A stretch of 64,000 nucleotides of DNA from Oscillospiraceae bacterium. Its GTDB lineage: Bacteria > Bacillota > Clostridia > Oscillospirales > Oscillospiraceae. Of this stretch, positions 35,444 through 45,322 are shown piece by piece. The translations under genes were made by a program, and so were the position numbers. Numbering within the stretch: the first letter of the stretch is position 1; each line of letters opens with the position of its first letter. The notes under the pieces were generated by a model. That model was given only the letters and a program-made list of their open reading frames with translations. It was not told where the DNA came from and did not search any database. The stretch covers positions 10,517 to 74,516 of the forward strand of contig JAFXTU010000024.1 of the NCBI GenBank assembly GCA_017535635.1. Reading direction: 5' to 3'.

Positions 35444-36880
35444 TTATTTTTTCCAGGTGGTAGGGGAGAAGAGCATGAGGATGGGGAAGATCTCCAGCCG
35501 CCCCAGCAGCATGCAGAGGGTGAGCACGATCTTGCTCAGGGGCGAAAACATCACAAAGCTCCCCATGGGACCCACCATATCCAGACCGGGACCGATGTTG
35601 GAGAGACAGGAGACGACGCTGGTAAAGGTGGAGGTGATGTCGAAGCCGTCCAGGGAGACCAGAGCGGTACCCAGCGCCAGCAGGAAGAAGTAGCAGGAGA
35701 AGAAAACCAGCGTGGAGTGGATCGTGGTCTCCGTGATGGGCTTGCCCTCCAGCCGTTCGATGCTGACGCTGTGGGGCTTCAGCTGCCGCCGAAGCTCCAG
35801 GCGGATGGCCTTTCCCACAATGATGATCCGGGAGACCTTGAGGCCGCCGCCGGTGGAGCCGGCGCAGGCGCCCAGGAACATCAGCGCCACCAGCAGAAAG
35901 CGGGAATAGGTGGGCCAGAGGCTGAAATCCGCCGTCCCGAAACCAGTGGTGGAGATGATGGAGCCAACCTGGAAGAAGGTGTAGCGAAGATTATGGAAGA
36001 AGCCTCCGTAGGTGTCGCCCAGATTCAGAGCGATGGTGACGGCTGAAAACAGGATGATCCCCAAAAACCAGCGGAGTTCTTCGCTTTTCAGCGCCTCCAG
36101 CCCTTTGCCCAGGAGGACCAGATAGTAGAGGTTGAAGTTAACGCCGAAGAGGATCATGAAGACCGTGACGACCGTGTCGATGTAGGCGCTGTCGTAGTAG
36201 CCGATGCTGAGAGCTCGGCTGGAGAATCCGCCGGTCCCGGCGGTGCCGAAGGCGTGGACCAATGCGTCGAAAAGGGACATGCCGCCGCAGAGGAGAAGAA
36301 TGGCCTCCAGCAGCGTCATGGCGATGTAGATGGCATAGAGAAGAATGGCCGTTTTCCTGGCGGAGGGGACCAGCTTTCCCACAATGGGCCCCGGGACCTC
36401 TGCCCGCATGATGTGGATGGATCGGCTGCCGGACATGGGCAGCACGGCCAGGATGAAGACCAGGACACCCATGCCGCCCAGAAAGTGGGTAAAGCTCCGC
36501 CAGAAAATCACGCCCCGCCCCATGGCCTCGATATCGGGAACGTTGGACGCGCCGGTGGTGGTGAAGCCGGAGACCGTCTCAAACACGGCGTCTATGTAGT
36601 TCGGGATGTCCCCGCTCAGCACGAAGGGAAGCGCGCCGAAAAGGGAGAGCAGGATCCAGGAAAGACCGACGACGACGAAGCCCTCCGCCGCATAGATCTT
36701 GGTGAGCTTCGGCTTGAACAGGAGAAAGCCTGCGCCGCAGGCACCCATGATCACGGCGACGATCAGGAAGGGAAACGGGGATTCCCGGTAAATGAGGCAG
36801 ACCAGCGCGGGCAGAAGAAGCACGGCGGCGATGGTGCACAATACTTTGCCCAGGATCTGGAAGATCATTCGATAATTCAT
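35444..36880 (-). CDS. trkH: TrkH-family potassium uptake protein
   Basis: 478 aa, polytopic. Has repeated selectivity-filter-like TTTG/TAGTGGF/STTGFG/GSTGGGLK motifs. Confidence 0.9.
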   Translation of the reverse strand: MNYRMIFQILGKVLCTIAAVLLLPALVCLIYRESPFPFLIVAVIMGACGAGFLLFKPKLTKIYAAEGFVVVGLSWILLSLFGALPFVLSGDIPNYIDAVFETVSGFTTTGASNVPDIEAMGRGVIFWRSFTHFLGGMGVLVFILAVLPMSGSRSIHIMRAEVPGPIVGKLVPSARKTAILLYAIYIAMTLLEAILLLCGGMSLFDALVHAFGTAGTGGFSSRALSIGYYDSAYIDTVVTVFMILFGVNFNLYYLVLLGKGLEALKSEELRWFLGIILFSAVTIALNLGDTYGGFFHNLRYTFFQVGSIISTTGFGTADFSLWPTYSRFLLVALMFLGACAGSTGGGLKVSRIIIVGKAIRLELRRQLKPHSVSIERLEGKPITETTIHSTLVFFSCYFFLLALGTALVSLDGFDITSTFTSVVSCLSNIGPGLDMVGPMGSFVMFSPLSKIVLTLCMLLGRLEIFPILMLFSPTTWKK

Positions 36881-36895
36881 GCGGATCCTTCCTTA

Positions 36896-39343
36896 TCAGT
36901 TCATGGCCGAGGCGATCATGAGCTTGGCAGTATCCCCCAGGATGATGGAGTCCATCAGCCGTTCCTGTGTGGCCTGCAGATCATCGTTCAGCACTCTTAC
37001 GGCATCCAGGATCTGAGGTCCGTCTTCCGGACGCGCTTCATATGCCGCGGCGAAGGCTTCAAACATGGTATTCCAGGTGCTGCTGTCAGAGTAGTTGAAG
37101 CCAGTGCCCTTTCTCGCGGCGGTCAGGGCATTGTCATATTCCCGGAAGTGAAGATAGAATCGCACAAGGTACTGATGCAGGGAGTTGGAAGGGACGTCCA
37201 AGAGCTGACTTGCGTATTCTTCCGCCCGGGGATAATAGGCGGCGGAGTCCAGCTGCGCACAGTTGAAGATATAGGATACCATCCAGTCGTTCCGCTCAAA
37301 CACGTCGATTTTGTGCGCTTTTTCCAGAGCGCTGAACAGGCGAAGGCTGCTGCCGGCTGCCGCACTGACAGAGGAAGCGGCGAACATGTTCAACGCGATC
37401 AGAACCGCGTAAACCAGGGACAGAACTCCGGTGACCGCTTTGCCGGCCTGTCCGGGAAGCGGGCTTTTCAGCCTGCGGCCATAGCATAGATCGATGAGCG
37501 CCAGCAGGCAGTAAGCATACAGGAGGTAGATGGGCGTGGATAAGACCACCTCCATGACGCTGTGGAGGAGGAGCATGGAAAAAGCGGCGCACAGGGCGGG
37601 ATAGAGGGCGCGGAAAGGATGCTCTGCCCTGCTCACGCGAAGGAGCCGTACCAGCGTCAGAAGCAGAATCGCCAGATACAGGAGAAATCCGACGATGCCG
37701 CAGTCCAGCAGGACCTGGATGTAGTGATTGTGAACGAATTTGGTTTCGTAGTAAAAGTCCTGATAATTGTAGATCAGCGATTCAAAGCTGCCGAGGCCGG
37801 CGCCGAGAATGGGATGGTCCCGGAAGATCTTCATGCCGTCCCGGAAAAAGGCGGCGCGCTGGATGGCGTTTTCATTGGCCCGAAGACCCTGGAGCCGGTT
37901 GGCGATAAAGCCGGGCAGCAGGGGATAGTCCAGGTGCAGGGCGTAATCCTTCGGACCGTCCAGCAGGACCTCCTGAAGCAGCGTGTCCTCCGAGGCTGCA
38001 AAGGTAAGATAGACTACCCGGCTGCCCTCCGGCACGGTGAAGGAGGCGCCCGCCCCGGGGCCGGAATACAGGATCTGGGAGGTGTGCATGATCACCTCCT
38101 GGTCGTCCTGCGATTCAACGGTAAGCTGGAAGGAACCCTGCCCTTCATATCGCAGGAGGTAGTCCCCCGCCTCCGGATAGGCGGAACGGCGGAGCGTCTG
38201 ACCGGCGGACAGCCTGGCGCTTCCTCCCAGGAGAAACCCGCCGACAGCATAGAGCAGGGCCAAAAGGACCACGGAGATAAGGAAGATGCCGGCAAGCCGG
38301 GCACGGTTTTCCAACGCCTTGCTCAGCCTGGGCAGGAGAACAAGCTCCAGCGCGGAGGAGGCGGCGGCAGCGAGAAAAGCGCAGATGAGCGGGAGGGCAA
38401 GCCTGGCGCCTTCTGCCTCAAAGGCGGAAAAGGAGAGAAACACGGCCGCCAGGGAGGGAAGCGCCACCGCCAGCATATGCAGAAGAGCTTCCATGCGGCC
38501 CTTTCCGGCGCAGATCAGGTAGACCACAACACTGACCAGGAAAAAGCCGGTGGCGCCCAGACTGAAATTCAGCAGGAAGGTGGTGGCCTGAAAGCTGGCA
38601 AATACCGCAGACGAGATCCGTTCCAGCGGCGTTTTTCCAACGCTCAGAAGATAGATGGAGATGAAAAGACAGAGACCCAGCGTTCCGGCGGAAATGTTGG
38701 CGTTGGAAAAGATGCCCGTAAGACGGGTGCCGCTCTCAAAGCCGGTATCGCCGTAGGCGAAGCCCGGGATGAGAGAGAAGAAACCGCTGCTGAGACGAAG
38801 GGAGGCCAGGTCGATGCTGCAAATGGCAAAGACCGCGCCAATGGCGCTGAGAATGAACAGCAGCTTCCGCACGGCGTCTTCCCGCCTGGGCAGATACAGG
38901 AGCACAAACAGAACGAGCGGGAGCGTAAAGAGCTGTTTGGAAAACTCCCGGAGGAAGAACTTCCCCGAGACCGCCCAGAGCAGAGAAAGACCCATCCAGA
39001 GAAGATAGCCCGCAAAGATCGGAAGAAAGGCGGAGAGCGCTTCGCCTTTCCGTTTTCCGAATAGGGATACGGCGAGGAGCACAGCGGAGAGAAGGCATAA
39101 AATCAGGATCAGCCACTTCTGGTTCTGAATGAACTGGAGCATGGAGAGCAGGGAAAAGGCGAGGGCGATGAAAAGCGTGATCAGAAGGAAGAAGAGGCCG
39201 TTCCGTCCACTCCCGGAAGGGGAGACGGCGCCTGCCGCCGGCTTTCCCGCCGGGGCGGCTCTCCGACTGCCGTCCCGGCCTTTTCCGGGACGGTTGTTTT
39301 TGCCCTTAGCGGGGATCGGATCTGTTTTCTTCATGGTGTTCAT
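36896..39343 (-). CDS. O-antigen ligase/polymerase-family (Wzy_C-like) membrane protein with long C-terminal soluble domain
   Basis: 815 aa. Basic Gly/Pro-rich N-terminus, about 12 hydrophobic spans, helical C-terminal domain. ATG 39334 is an alternative start. Confidence 0.6.
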   Translation of the reverse strand: MNTMKKTDPIPAKGKNNRPGKGRDGSRRAAPAGKPAAGAVSPSGSGRNGLFFLLITLFIALAFSLLSMLQFIQNQKWLILILCLLSAVLLAVSLFGKRKGEALSAFLPIFAGYLLWMGLSLLWAVSGKFFLREFSKQLFTLPLVLFVLLYLPRREDAVRKLLFILSAIGAVFAICSIDLASLRLSSGFFSLIPGFAYGDTGFESGTRLTGIFSNANISAGTLGLCLFISIYLLSVGKTPLERISSAVFASFQATTFLLNFSLGATGFFLVSVVVYLICAGKGRMEALLHMLAVALPSLAAVFLSFSAFEAEGARLALPLICAFLAAAASSALELVLLPRLSKALENRARLAGIFLISVVLLALLYAVGGFLLGGSARLSAGQTLRRSAYPEAGDYLLRYEGQGSFQLTVESQDDQEVIMHTSQILYSGPGAGASFTVPEGSRVVYLTFAASEDTLLQEVLLDGPKDYALHLDYPLLPGFIANRLQGLRANENAIQRAAFFRDGMKIFRDHPILGAGLGSFESLIYNYQDFYYETKFVHNHYIQVLLDCGIVGFLLYLAILLLTLVRLLRVSRAEHPFRALYPALCAAFSMLLLHSVMEVVLSTPIYLLYAYCLLALIDLCYGRRLKSPLPGQAGKAVTGVLSLVYAVLIALNMFAASSVSAAAGSSLRLFSALEKAHKIDVFERNDWMVSYIFNCAQLDSAAYYPRAEEYASQLLDVPSNSLHQYLVRFYLHFREYDNALTAARKGTGFNYSDSSTWNTMFEAFAAAYEARPEDGPQILDAVRVLNDDLQATQERLMDSIILGDTAKLMIASAMN

Positions 39344-40715
39344 TATCTCCGGTATTCATGAAGTGGAATAGCGTTGAGATCAGAATTTTGATGTCCAGCA
39401 GGATGCTCCAGGTCTCAATGTAGCGCAGGTCCATCCGGATGCGCGCTTCGATGGAGGTGTCTCCCCGATAACCGCTCACCTGGGCAAGCCCCGTGATGCC
39501 GGGGCGGACCTGATGCTTGAGCATATACAGGGGAACGCTTTCCCGGAACATGTCTACATATTGGGGAAGCTCCGGACGCGGTCCCACCAGACTCATTTCC
39601 CCCTTCAGGACGTTGAAAAGCTGGGGCAGCTCGTCCATGGAGGTCTTTCGCAGAAAAGCGCCCAGGGGGGTGAGGCGGCTGCTTTCGTAGCTGGACCAGC
39701 CGGAGCTGTCCTCCGGGGAAGGCGGGCGCATGGAGCGGAATTTCAGCATGGTGAACTCCTTGCGCTGATAACCGACCCGGGTCTGACGGAAAATGACGGG
39801 TCTCCCCAGGGTGATGAGGGTACCGACGGCGGAGAAAAGCATCAACGGGGAGGTCAGGACGATGAGGAGCAGGCTGCCCGCCAGGTCAAAGCCGCGCTTC
39901 AGGATGGCGTTGAACAGGTTGTCCAGGGGAATGCGCCGAATGTTGATCAGGGGCAGAGTCCCCACCTGGTCGATATAGGGTCTGGAGAGCATATACGGCG
40001 CGAAGTAGGGGATCAGGGAGAATTTCAGACCGTTCTTTTCCGTCTGCCGGATGAGCTCGTCCATCTCTGAAAACTCCTCCGGGTCCAGAGCGGCCACCAG
40101 CTCTTCCGCCTCCGTCCCCCGGAGGACCTCGTCCAAAGCGGAGATCTGACCGTAGTAGCGGATGTCCTCGGAAACCGGTTTTTTTCCGAAGCTTCCCAGG
40201 ACCCGGTAGCCGAGCCAGGGCATTTCCTCCAGATTGCGGACGTATTCCTTCGCAGTCCTTCCGGAACCCACCAACAGGACCTCACGGATGTGCAGGCCCC
40301 GAACATAGGAAGAGCGCCGGATCCGGAACAGCAGGACCCGCTTGGCTGAGAGAAAACAGGAGGAGAACAGGAAAAAGAGAACAAGCAGAAAGCGGGAAAC
40401 GTCAATGTCCCTGGAGGTGAAAAAAACGATGGCCAGTGCGCCGGTGCAGCACAGGGAGACCAGGATGATTTTTTGTATGAGCTGCAGGATCAGGACGCCC
40501 CGCCGGGATTCGTATAGACCGATGATCGTGAACAAAAACAGAAAAAGCAGAGAGACGCCAAGGGACCAGCGGAGATAAAATGCCAGAGGCATGTTCTCTT
40601 CGCCGTGCAGGATTCTGAAGCGCAGAACATAGGACAAGAGCATGGAAACGACGACCAGCAGAACATCGGAGAGAAGATCAAGGATCCGAAAAAACGTTTG
40701 ATTCTCTTGGTTCAA
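39306..40715 (-). CDS. Polyprenyl-phosphate glycosyl-1-phosphate transferase (WbaP/EpsL-type priming sugar transferase)
   Basis: 469 aa. Has the C-terminal bacterial sugar transferase block [60 protein letters not shown]. Confidence 0.9.
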   Translation of the reverse strand: MNQENQTFFRILDLLSDVLLVVVSMLLSYVLRFRILHGEENMPLAFYLRWSLGVSLLFLFLFTIIGLYESRRGVLILQLIQKIILVSLCCTGALAIVFFTSRDIDVSRFLLVLFFLFSSCFLSAKRVLLFRIRRSSYVRGLHIREVLLVGSGRTAKEYVRNLEEMPWLGYRVLGSFGKKPVSEDIRYYGQISALDEVLRGTEAEELVAALDPEEFSEMDELIRQTEKNGLKFSLIPYFAPYMLSRPYIDQVGTLPLINIRRIPLDNLFNAILKRGFDLAGSLLLIVLTSPLMLFSAVGTLITLGRPVIFRQTRVGYQRKEFTMLKFRSMRPPSPEDSSGWSSYESSRLTPLGAFLRKTSMDELPQLFNVLKGEMSLVGPRPELPQYVDMFRESVPLYMLKHQVRPGITGLAQVSGYRGDTSIEARIRMDLRYIETWSILLDIKILISTLFHFMNTGDNEHHEENRSDPR

Positions 40716-40872
40716 GGGAGACGCTCCCTTCTGAAGTATGGCAAAGGATAATTATCAATGTATTATATCAGATTTTGTGCTTTTGTAAACCGAAAAAGGG
40801 AAAAAACACCGCTTCTGAAAAAACAAGGCTTCCACGATGTACGGTTTGATTTTTGCCCGGAAGGGTGATAAC

Positions 40873-42039
40873 ATGAGCATGAAAAAGGGGGCGCTTCGTG
40901 CTATGTCCAGGGTGCTGTACTGTGCGTCCAACCCGACGCACCTTCAAAACTTTCATCTTCCTTACATAGCAGCCCTGGCCGCGGGGGGAGACCGGGTCTG
41001 GACTCTCTGCAGCGGTACGTTTTCTGCGGAGGGAGCGGAAAAGCACGTCGATCTCAGAATGGAAAAGAACGTTTTTTCCCCGATCAACTGGATCTCGGCA
41101 TTTCGCCTTGCCGGACTGCTGAAAAGGGAGCGGTTCGATCTGATCTGCATCCACACCTCCCTTGCCGCTTTTGTCGTCCGGCTCGCCCTGCTTCTTGCCG
41201 GGAAACGGGGGACCAGGGTGGTGAATACGGTCCACGGCTATCTCTTTGACGGGGATACCGGTTTCCTGAAGCGATTCCTCCTGCTTCTGCCGGAGCTCTT
41301 CTTCCGGGGGCTTACCGACCGGGTGGTGGTCATGAACGAGTGGGATCGGAGCCTGGCCGAAAAACACCGGCTGGGGCGGGAAGTCGTAAAGATCCCCGGC
41401 GTGGGGGTGGACTTCTCCCGCTTTTCCTTAGGAGAACGGGAGGAGATGCGCCAGACGCTGGGCTTGGGAAGCGAGGATATCCTGCTGCTCTATCCCGCGG
41501 AGTTTTCCGCACGCAAAGATCAGAGCTTCCTGATCCGGGCACTGCGGAAGCTGCCGGAGCGGGTCTGTCTCGCGCTGCCTGGCCGGGGCGCTCTTTGGGA
41601 GGACTGCCTAAGGCTGGCTTCCGCGCTGGACCTGGAGGGCCGTGTTTTCTTCCCCGGACAGCTTTCGGAATTGGGAGACTGGTACGCCGCCGCGGACATC
41701 AGCGTTTCCTCCAGCCGCTATGAGGGCCTGCCCTTCAACATCATGGAGGGGATGTACGCGGGAAAGCCCGTCGTCGCCAGCCGCATCAAAGGACACACGG
41801 ATCTGATCCGGGATGGAGAGGGAGGCTTCCTCTATTCCTGGAACGACGAGGAGGAGTACCTGGATTGCGTCAGGACCCTGCTGAAGGAGAAGCAGCTCCG
41901 GCGGGACATGGGCGAAAGGAACCGGAGGAGCGTTCTGGATTACGGGCTGGATCGGGTCAGGGAGACGGTTCTGGCGGCCATCGGCGGGAGAGAGCCTGCC
42001 CTTCCCGCCCGGACCGTGAAGGAAGCTGCCGCCGAATGA
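40873..42039 (+). CDS. Glycosyltransferase family 4 (GT-B, GT1 superfamily)
   Basis: Start ATG 40873 behind GGAAGGG. C-terminal EGLPFNIMEGMYAGKPVVAS (E-x7-E-type) motif. Confidence 0.8.
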   Translation: MSMKKGALRAMSRVLYCASNPTHLQNFHLPYIAALAAGGDRVWTLCSGTFSAEGAEKHVDLRMEKNVFSPINWISAFRLAGLLKRERFDLICIHTSLAAFVVRLALLLAGKRGTRVVNTVHGYLFDGDTGFLKRFLLLLPELFFRGLTDRVVVMNEWDRSLAEKHRLGREVVKIPGVGVDFSRFSLGEREEMRQTLGLGSEDILLLYPAEFSARKDQSFLIRALRKLPERVCLALPGRGALWEDCLRLASALDLEGRVFFPGQLSELGDWYAAADISVSSSRYEGLPFNIMEGMYAGKPVVASRIKGHTDLIRDGEGGFLYSWNDEEEYLDCVRTLLKEKQLRRDMGERNRRSVLDYGLDRVRETVLAAIGGREPALPARTVKEAAAE

Positions 42040-42155
42040 ATTCAGAGACGGAAATCCCCCGCGGATATTGCCTTTTTCGGAAATACCATGTATACTGACT
42101 GAAAAGAAACCGTGATACATCCAAAAGAAATCTGATAATTTGGGAGGTACGAATC

Positions 42156-43472
42156 ATGGGACTGATTTCAGCGGCCTTGGGCTCTGCCGGCGGCGTACTG
42201 GCGGACCAGTGGAAGGAGTATTTTTACTGTGAGGCCATCAGCGCGGATACGCTGGCCGTGAAGGGCTCCAAGCGGGTCTCCGGCCGGTCCAGCAACACCA
42301 AGGGATCGGATAACATCATTTCCAACGGCAGCGTGATCGCTGTGGCGGACGGGCAGTGCATGATGATCGTGGAGCAGGGTAAGGTGGTCGACCTCTGCGC
42401 CGAGCCCGGCGAATTCATCTACGATATGTCCACCGAACCCAGCATCTTCACCGGCAGCCTGGGCCAGAGCCTCAAGGGCGTGCTGGGGACCATGCTCAAG
42501 CGCTTTACCTTCGGCGGCGACACCGGGAAGGATCAGCGCGTCTATTACTTCAACACCAAGGAGATCATCGGGAACAAATACGGAACGCCCTCCCCGGTGC
42601 CCTTCCGGGTGGTGGACCGGAATGCCAACCTGGACATCGACATTTCCGTGCGCTGCTTCGGCGAATACAGCTACCGGATCGTGAACCCCGCCGCGTTCTA
42701 CTGCAACGTCTGCGGCAATGTGAGCGGCGAATACAAGCGCTCCGAGATCGACTCCCAGCTGAAGAGCGAGCTTCTCACCGCTCTGCAGCCCGCCTTCGCC
42801 AAGATCAGCGAGATGGGGATCCGCTACAGCGCCCTCCCGGCCCACACCTTCGAGCTTCGTGACGCCCTGAAGGAGGTCCTGACCAGGGACTGGAAGGAGC
42901 AGAGGGGCATCGAGATCGCCAATGTGGGCGTCAGCAGCATCAAGGCCTCGGAAGAGGACGAGAAGATGATCAAGGAGATGCAGCGCAACGCGGCCTACAA
43001 GGATCCCACCATGGGCGCTGCCACCCTGATCGGCGCCCAGGCCCAGGCCATGCAGGACGCCGCGAAGAACGCAAACGGCGCCGCCATGGGCTTCATCGGC
43101 ATGAACGCCGCCCAGAGCTCCGGCGGCATCAACGCCCAGGCGCTTTACCAGATGGGCCAGCAGCAGGCGGCCCAGGCCCCCGCTCCCGCCGCCGAGGGCT
43201 GGACCTGCCCGAAGTGCGGCAAGACCGGAAATACCGGCAAGTTCTGCGCCGAGTGCGGCGCTCCCAAGCCCGCGGCCGAGGGCTGGACCTGCACCAAGTG
43301 CGGGGCCGTCAACAAGGGTAAATTCTGCGCCGAGTGCGGCGCTCCCAAGCCCGCCGGCGCCCTCCAGTACAAGTGCGACAAGTGCGGCTGGGAGCCCGAG
43401 GATCCCGCCAATCCCCCGAAGTTCTGCCCCGAGTGCGGCGATCCCTTCGATTCCGGAGACATCGTTTCGTAA
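42156..43472 (+). CDS. SPFH (stomatin/prohibitin/flotillin)-domain protein with three C-terminal zinc ribbons (YdjI/COG4260-like)
   Basis: 438 aa. N-terminus MGLISAALGSAGGVLADQWKEYF. The C-terminus repeats CPKCG..FCAECG, CTKCG..FCAECG and CDKCG..FCPECG. Confidence 0.75.
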   Translation: MGLISAALGSAGGVLADQWKEYFYCEAISADTLAVKGSKRVSGRSSNTKGSDNIISNGSVIAVADGQCMMIVEQGKVVDLCAEPGEFIYDMSTEPSIFTGSLGQSLKGVLGTMLKRFTFGGDTGKDQRVYYFNTKEIIGNKYGTPSPVPFRVVDRNANLDIDISVRCFGEYSYRIVNPAAFYCNVCGNVSGEYKRSEIDSQLKSELLTALQPAFAKISEMGIRYSALPAHTFELRDALKEVLTRDWKEQRGIEIANVGVSSIKASEEDEKMIKEMQRNAAYKDPTMGAATLIGAQAQAMQDAAKNANGAAMGFIGMNAAQSSGGINAQALYQMGQQQAAQAPAPAAEGWTCPKCGKTGNTGKFCAECGAPKPAAEGWTCTKCGAVNKGKFCAECGAPKPAGALQYKCDKCGWEPEDPANPPKFCPECGDPFDSGDIVS

Positions 43473-43487
43473 GCTGAGGGCACGGAA

Positions 43488-44402
43488 CTGAAAAGCAAGA
43501 GCGTCGTCGGCCGCTTTGCCCCCACGCCCAGCGGCCGGATGCACCTGGGGAATGCCTTCTCCTACCTTCTCGCCTGGCTTTCCGCCCGGTCGGAAGGGGG
43601 AGAGGTGCTCCTGCGGATGGAGGACCTGGATACGCTCCGCTGTACCCCGGAATTTGCGCAGAGCATCCGGGAGGATCTTCTGTGGCTGGGCCTGGAGTGG
43701 GATCGGGAAACGCCTCCCCAGCGGGAGCGCACCAAAGCCTATGAGGCCGCGCTGGAGGTCCTGCGGGCTAAAGCCAACGTCTTCCCCTGCTGGTGTACCC
43801 GGGGAAGTCTGAACCTGGTGAACGCCCCTCATGCCTCCGACGGGCATCCGATCCATCCTGCCTCCTGCCGTCTCCGGTCAGAGGAGGAGCGGAGCCGAAT
43901 GATGAAAAAGGCGCCTCCCGCCTGGCGGTTGGAGGCGCCGGATGAGATCGTTTCCATTCGGGACGGCGTCTTCGGCCTCTATTCGGAGAATCTGAAGCGG
44001 GACTGCGGCGATTTTGTCCTCCGTCGGGCGGACGGGGTCTTTGTCTATCAGCTGGCCGTGGTGGTGGACGACGGAGAAGCGGGCGTGACCCAGGTGGTCC
44101 GCGGCTGCGATCTCCTGTCCTCTACGCCCCGGCAGCTGTGGCTCTGTCGGCTCCTGGACTATGAGGCGCCGGAATACCGGCATGTGCCCATGCTGACGGA
44201 CCGGGAGGGGAGAAAGCTCTCCAAACGGGACGCGGACCTGGATCTGGGGGAACTGAGAAAGCACCGGACCCCGGAGGAGATCGTCGGTCTCCTCGCTTTC
44301 CGCTGCGGCCTCCTGGAATGGGAAGAGGCAGTCTCTGCCGCCGAACTGATCGGGGAGTTTTCCTGGGACAAGATCCGAAAAGAAAACATCGTTATTGAAT
44401 GA
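43488..44402 (+). CDS. gluQ: tRNA glutamyl-Q(34) synthetase (GluQRS), probable CTG start
   Basis: GRFAPTPSGRMHLGN (HIGH region) and KLSKR (KMSKS) motifs. The first ATG (43539) lies inside the HIGH region. There is no ATG/GTG/TTG in frame after the in-frame TAA at 43470. CTG 43488 lies 7 nt after GAGGG. Confidence 0.8.
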   Translation: MKSKSVVGRFAPTPSGRMHLGNAFSYLLAWLSARSEGGEVLLRMEDLDTLRCTPEFAQSIREDLLWLGLEWDRETPPQRERTKAYEAALEVLRAKANVFPCWCTRGSLNLVNAPHASDGHPIHPASCRLRSEEERSRMMKKAPPAWRLEAPDEIVSIRDGVFGLYSENLKRDCGDFVLRRADGVFVYQLAVVVDDGEAGVTQVVRGCDLLSSTPRQLWLCRLLDYEAPEYRHVPMLTDREGRKLSKRDADLDLGELRKHRTPEEIVGLLAFRCGLLEWEEAVSAAELIGEFSWDKIRKENIVIE

Positions 44403-44413
44403 ATACAGTTTGC

Positions 44414-44441
44414 GGAACGGCCGGCTATTGCCGGCCGTTCT
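44414..44441. terminator. Shared hairpin between convergent gluQ and sigK; the sigK stop codon lies in the loop
   Basis: ggaacggccggc-tatt-gccggccgttc(t) stem of 11-12 bp. No clear U-tract on either side. Confidence 0.45.
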
Positions 44442-45120
44442 CTGTCATACAGGCCCTGAGCTTTTCCGGGGCTCTTTTTTCCAGCCGGGAGACGTAGCTG
44501 CGGGAAATGTTCATCCGGGAGGCCACCTCCCGCTGGGGCAGGGGAGCGCCGCCGTTCAGCCCATAGCGGAGGGTGATCAGCTCCCGCTCCCGCTGGGAGA
44601 GCTCGCTTTCCACGAATCTGCGCAGGCGTACTGCGTCCTCCCGAAGGGAGAGCCGTTCCAGAATGTCGTCCTCCTCGTAAAGCACGTCCTGGATGGAAAG
44701 TCCGCCCTCTCCGTCGTTGTCCAAGGCCTCCGACAGGGAAACGTCCCCGGCGGACTTGCGGAGGCTGCGAAAGTACATCAGGATCTCGTTTTCCACGCAG
44801 CGGGAGGCGTAGGTGGCGAGGCGGACTCCCTTTTCGGGGCGGTAAGAGGAGATCCCCTTGATCAGGCCCACGGTCCCGATGGAGATGAGATCGTCCTGCT
44901 CACAGGCGGAGGAATAGTATTTCTTGACGATGTGGGCCACCAGGCGGAGATTTCGCTCGATGAGGACGGCTCTGGCCTCCTCGTCCCCCTCTGCCGCCAG
45001 GGCGAGGTAATGCCGCTCATCCTCAGCGCTGAGGGGACGGGGGAAGGAGCCGCCGTTTCCCCCCAGCCGCAGGGCAAGAAAAGCAGAGTTCAGGAGTAGC
45101 ACGATCAAAGATGACAGCAT
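44425..45120 (-). CDS. sigK: Sporulation sigma factor SigK (pro-sigma-K), uninterrupted
   Basis: Start ATG 45120 behind AAAGGAG. Hydrophobic pro-sequence then SFPRPLS. LIERNLRLVAHIVKKY and ISRSYVSRLEKRA match sigma-K rather than sigma-E. Confidence 0.8.
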   Translation of the reverse strand: MLSSLIVLLLNSAFLALRLGGNGGSFPRPLSAEDERHYLALAAEGDEEARAVLIERNLRLVAHIVKKYYSSACEQDDLISIGTVGLIKGISSYRPEKGVRLATYASRCVENEILMYFRSLRKSAGDVSLSEALDNDGEGGLSIQDVLYEEDDILERLSLREDAVRLRRFVESELSQRERELITLRYGLNGGAPLPQREVASRMNISRSYVSRLEKRAPEKLRACMTENGRQ

Positions 45121-45211
45121 GGGTCCGCTCCTTTCGCTTGGTACTGTCAGCCTATTCCTTCCGCGCAAGTCCACATTCCGCCCCGGTTCGTCCAATTTGT
45201 TAAAAGAAAGT

Positions 45212-45249
45212 AAAAAACGGGGAGGGACCGCAAAGCAGGTCCCTCCCGG
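45212..45249 (-). terminator. Rho-independent terminator
   Basis: gggagggacc/ggtccctccc 10-bp stem followed by TTTTTT on the minus strand. Confidence 0.7.
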
Positions 45250-45322
45250 AATCAGCCGCGCCCGGCGAGCGCGCTGGATGATGAAACGGATTTGTGGGAA
45301 GCCTTCCCGATCCCACAGCGAC

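Noticed and set aside
44425-45195. Possible skin-type interruption or truncation of sigK
   Set aside because: The ORF encodes regions 2 to 4 contiguously, with a normal pro-sequence and stop. The longer 256-aa version only adds unlikely residues upstream of the SD-associated ATG at 45120.
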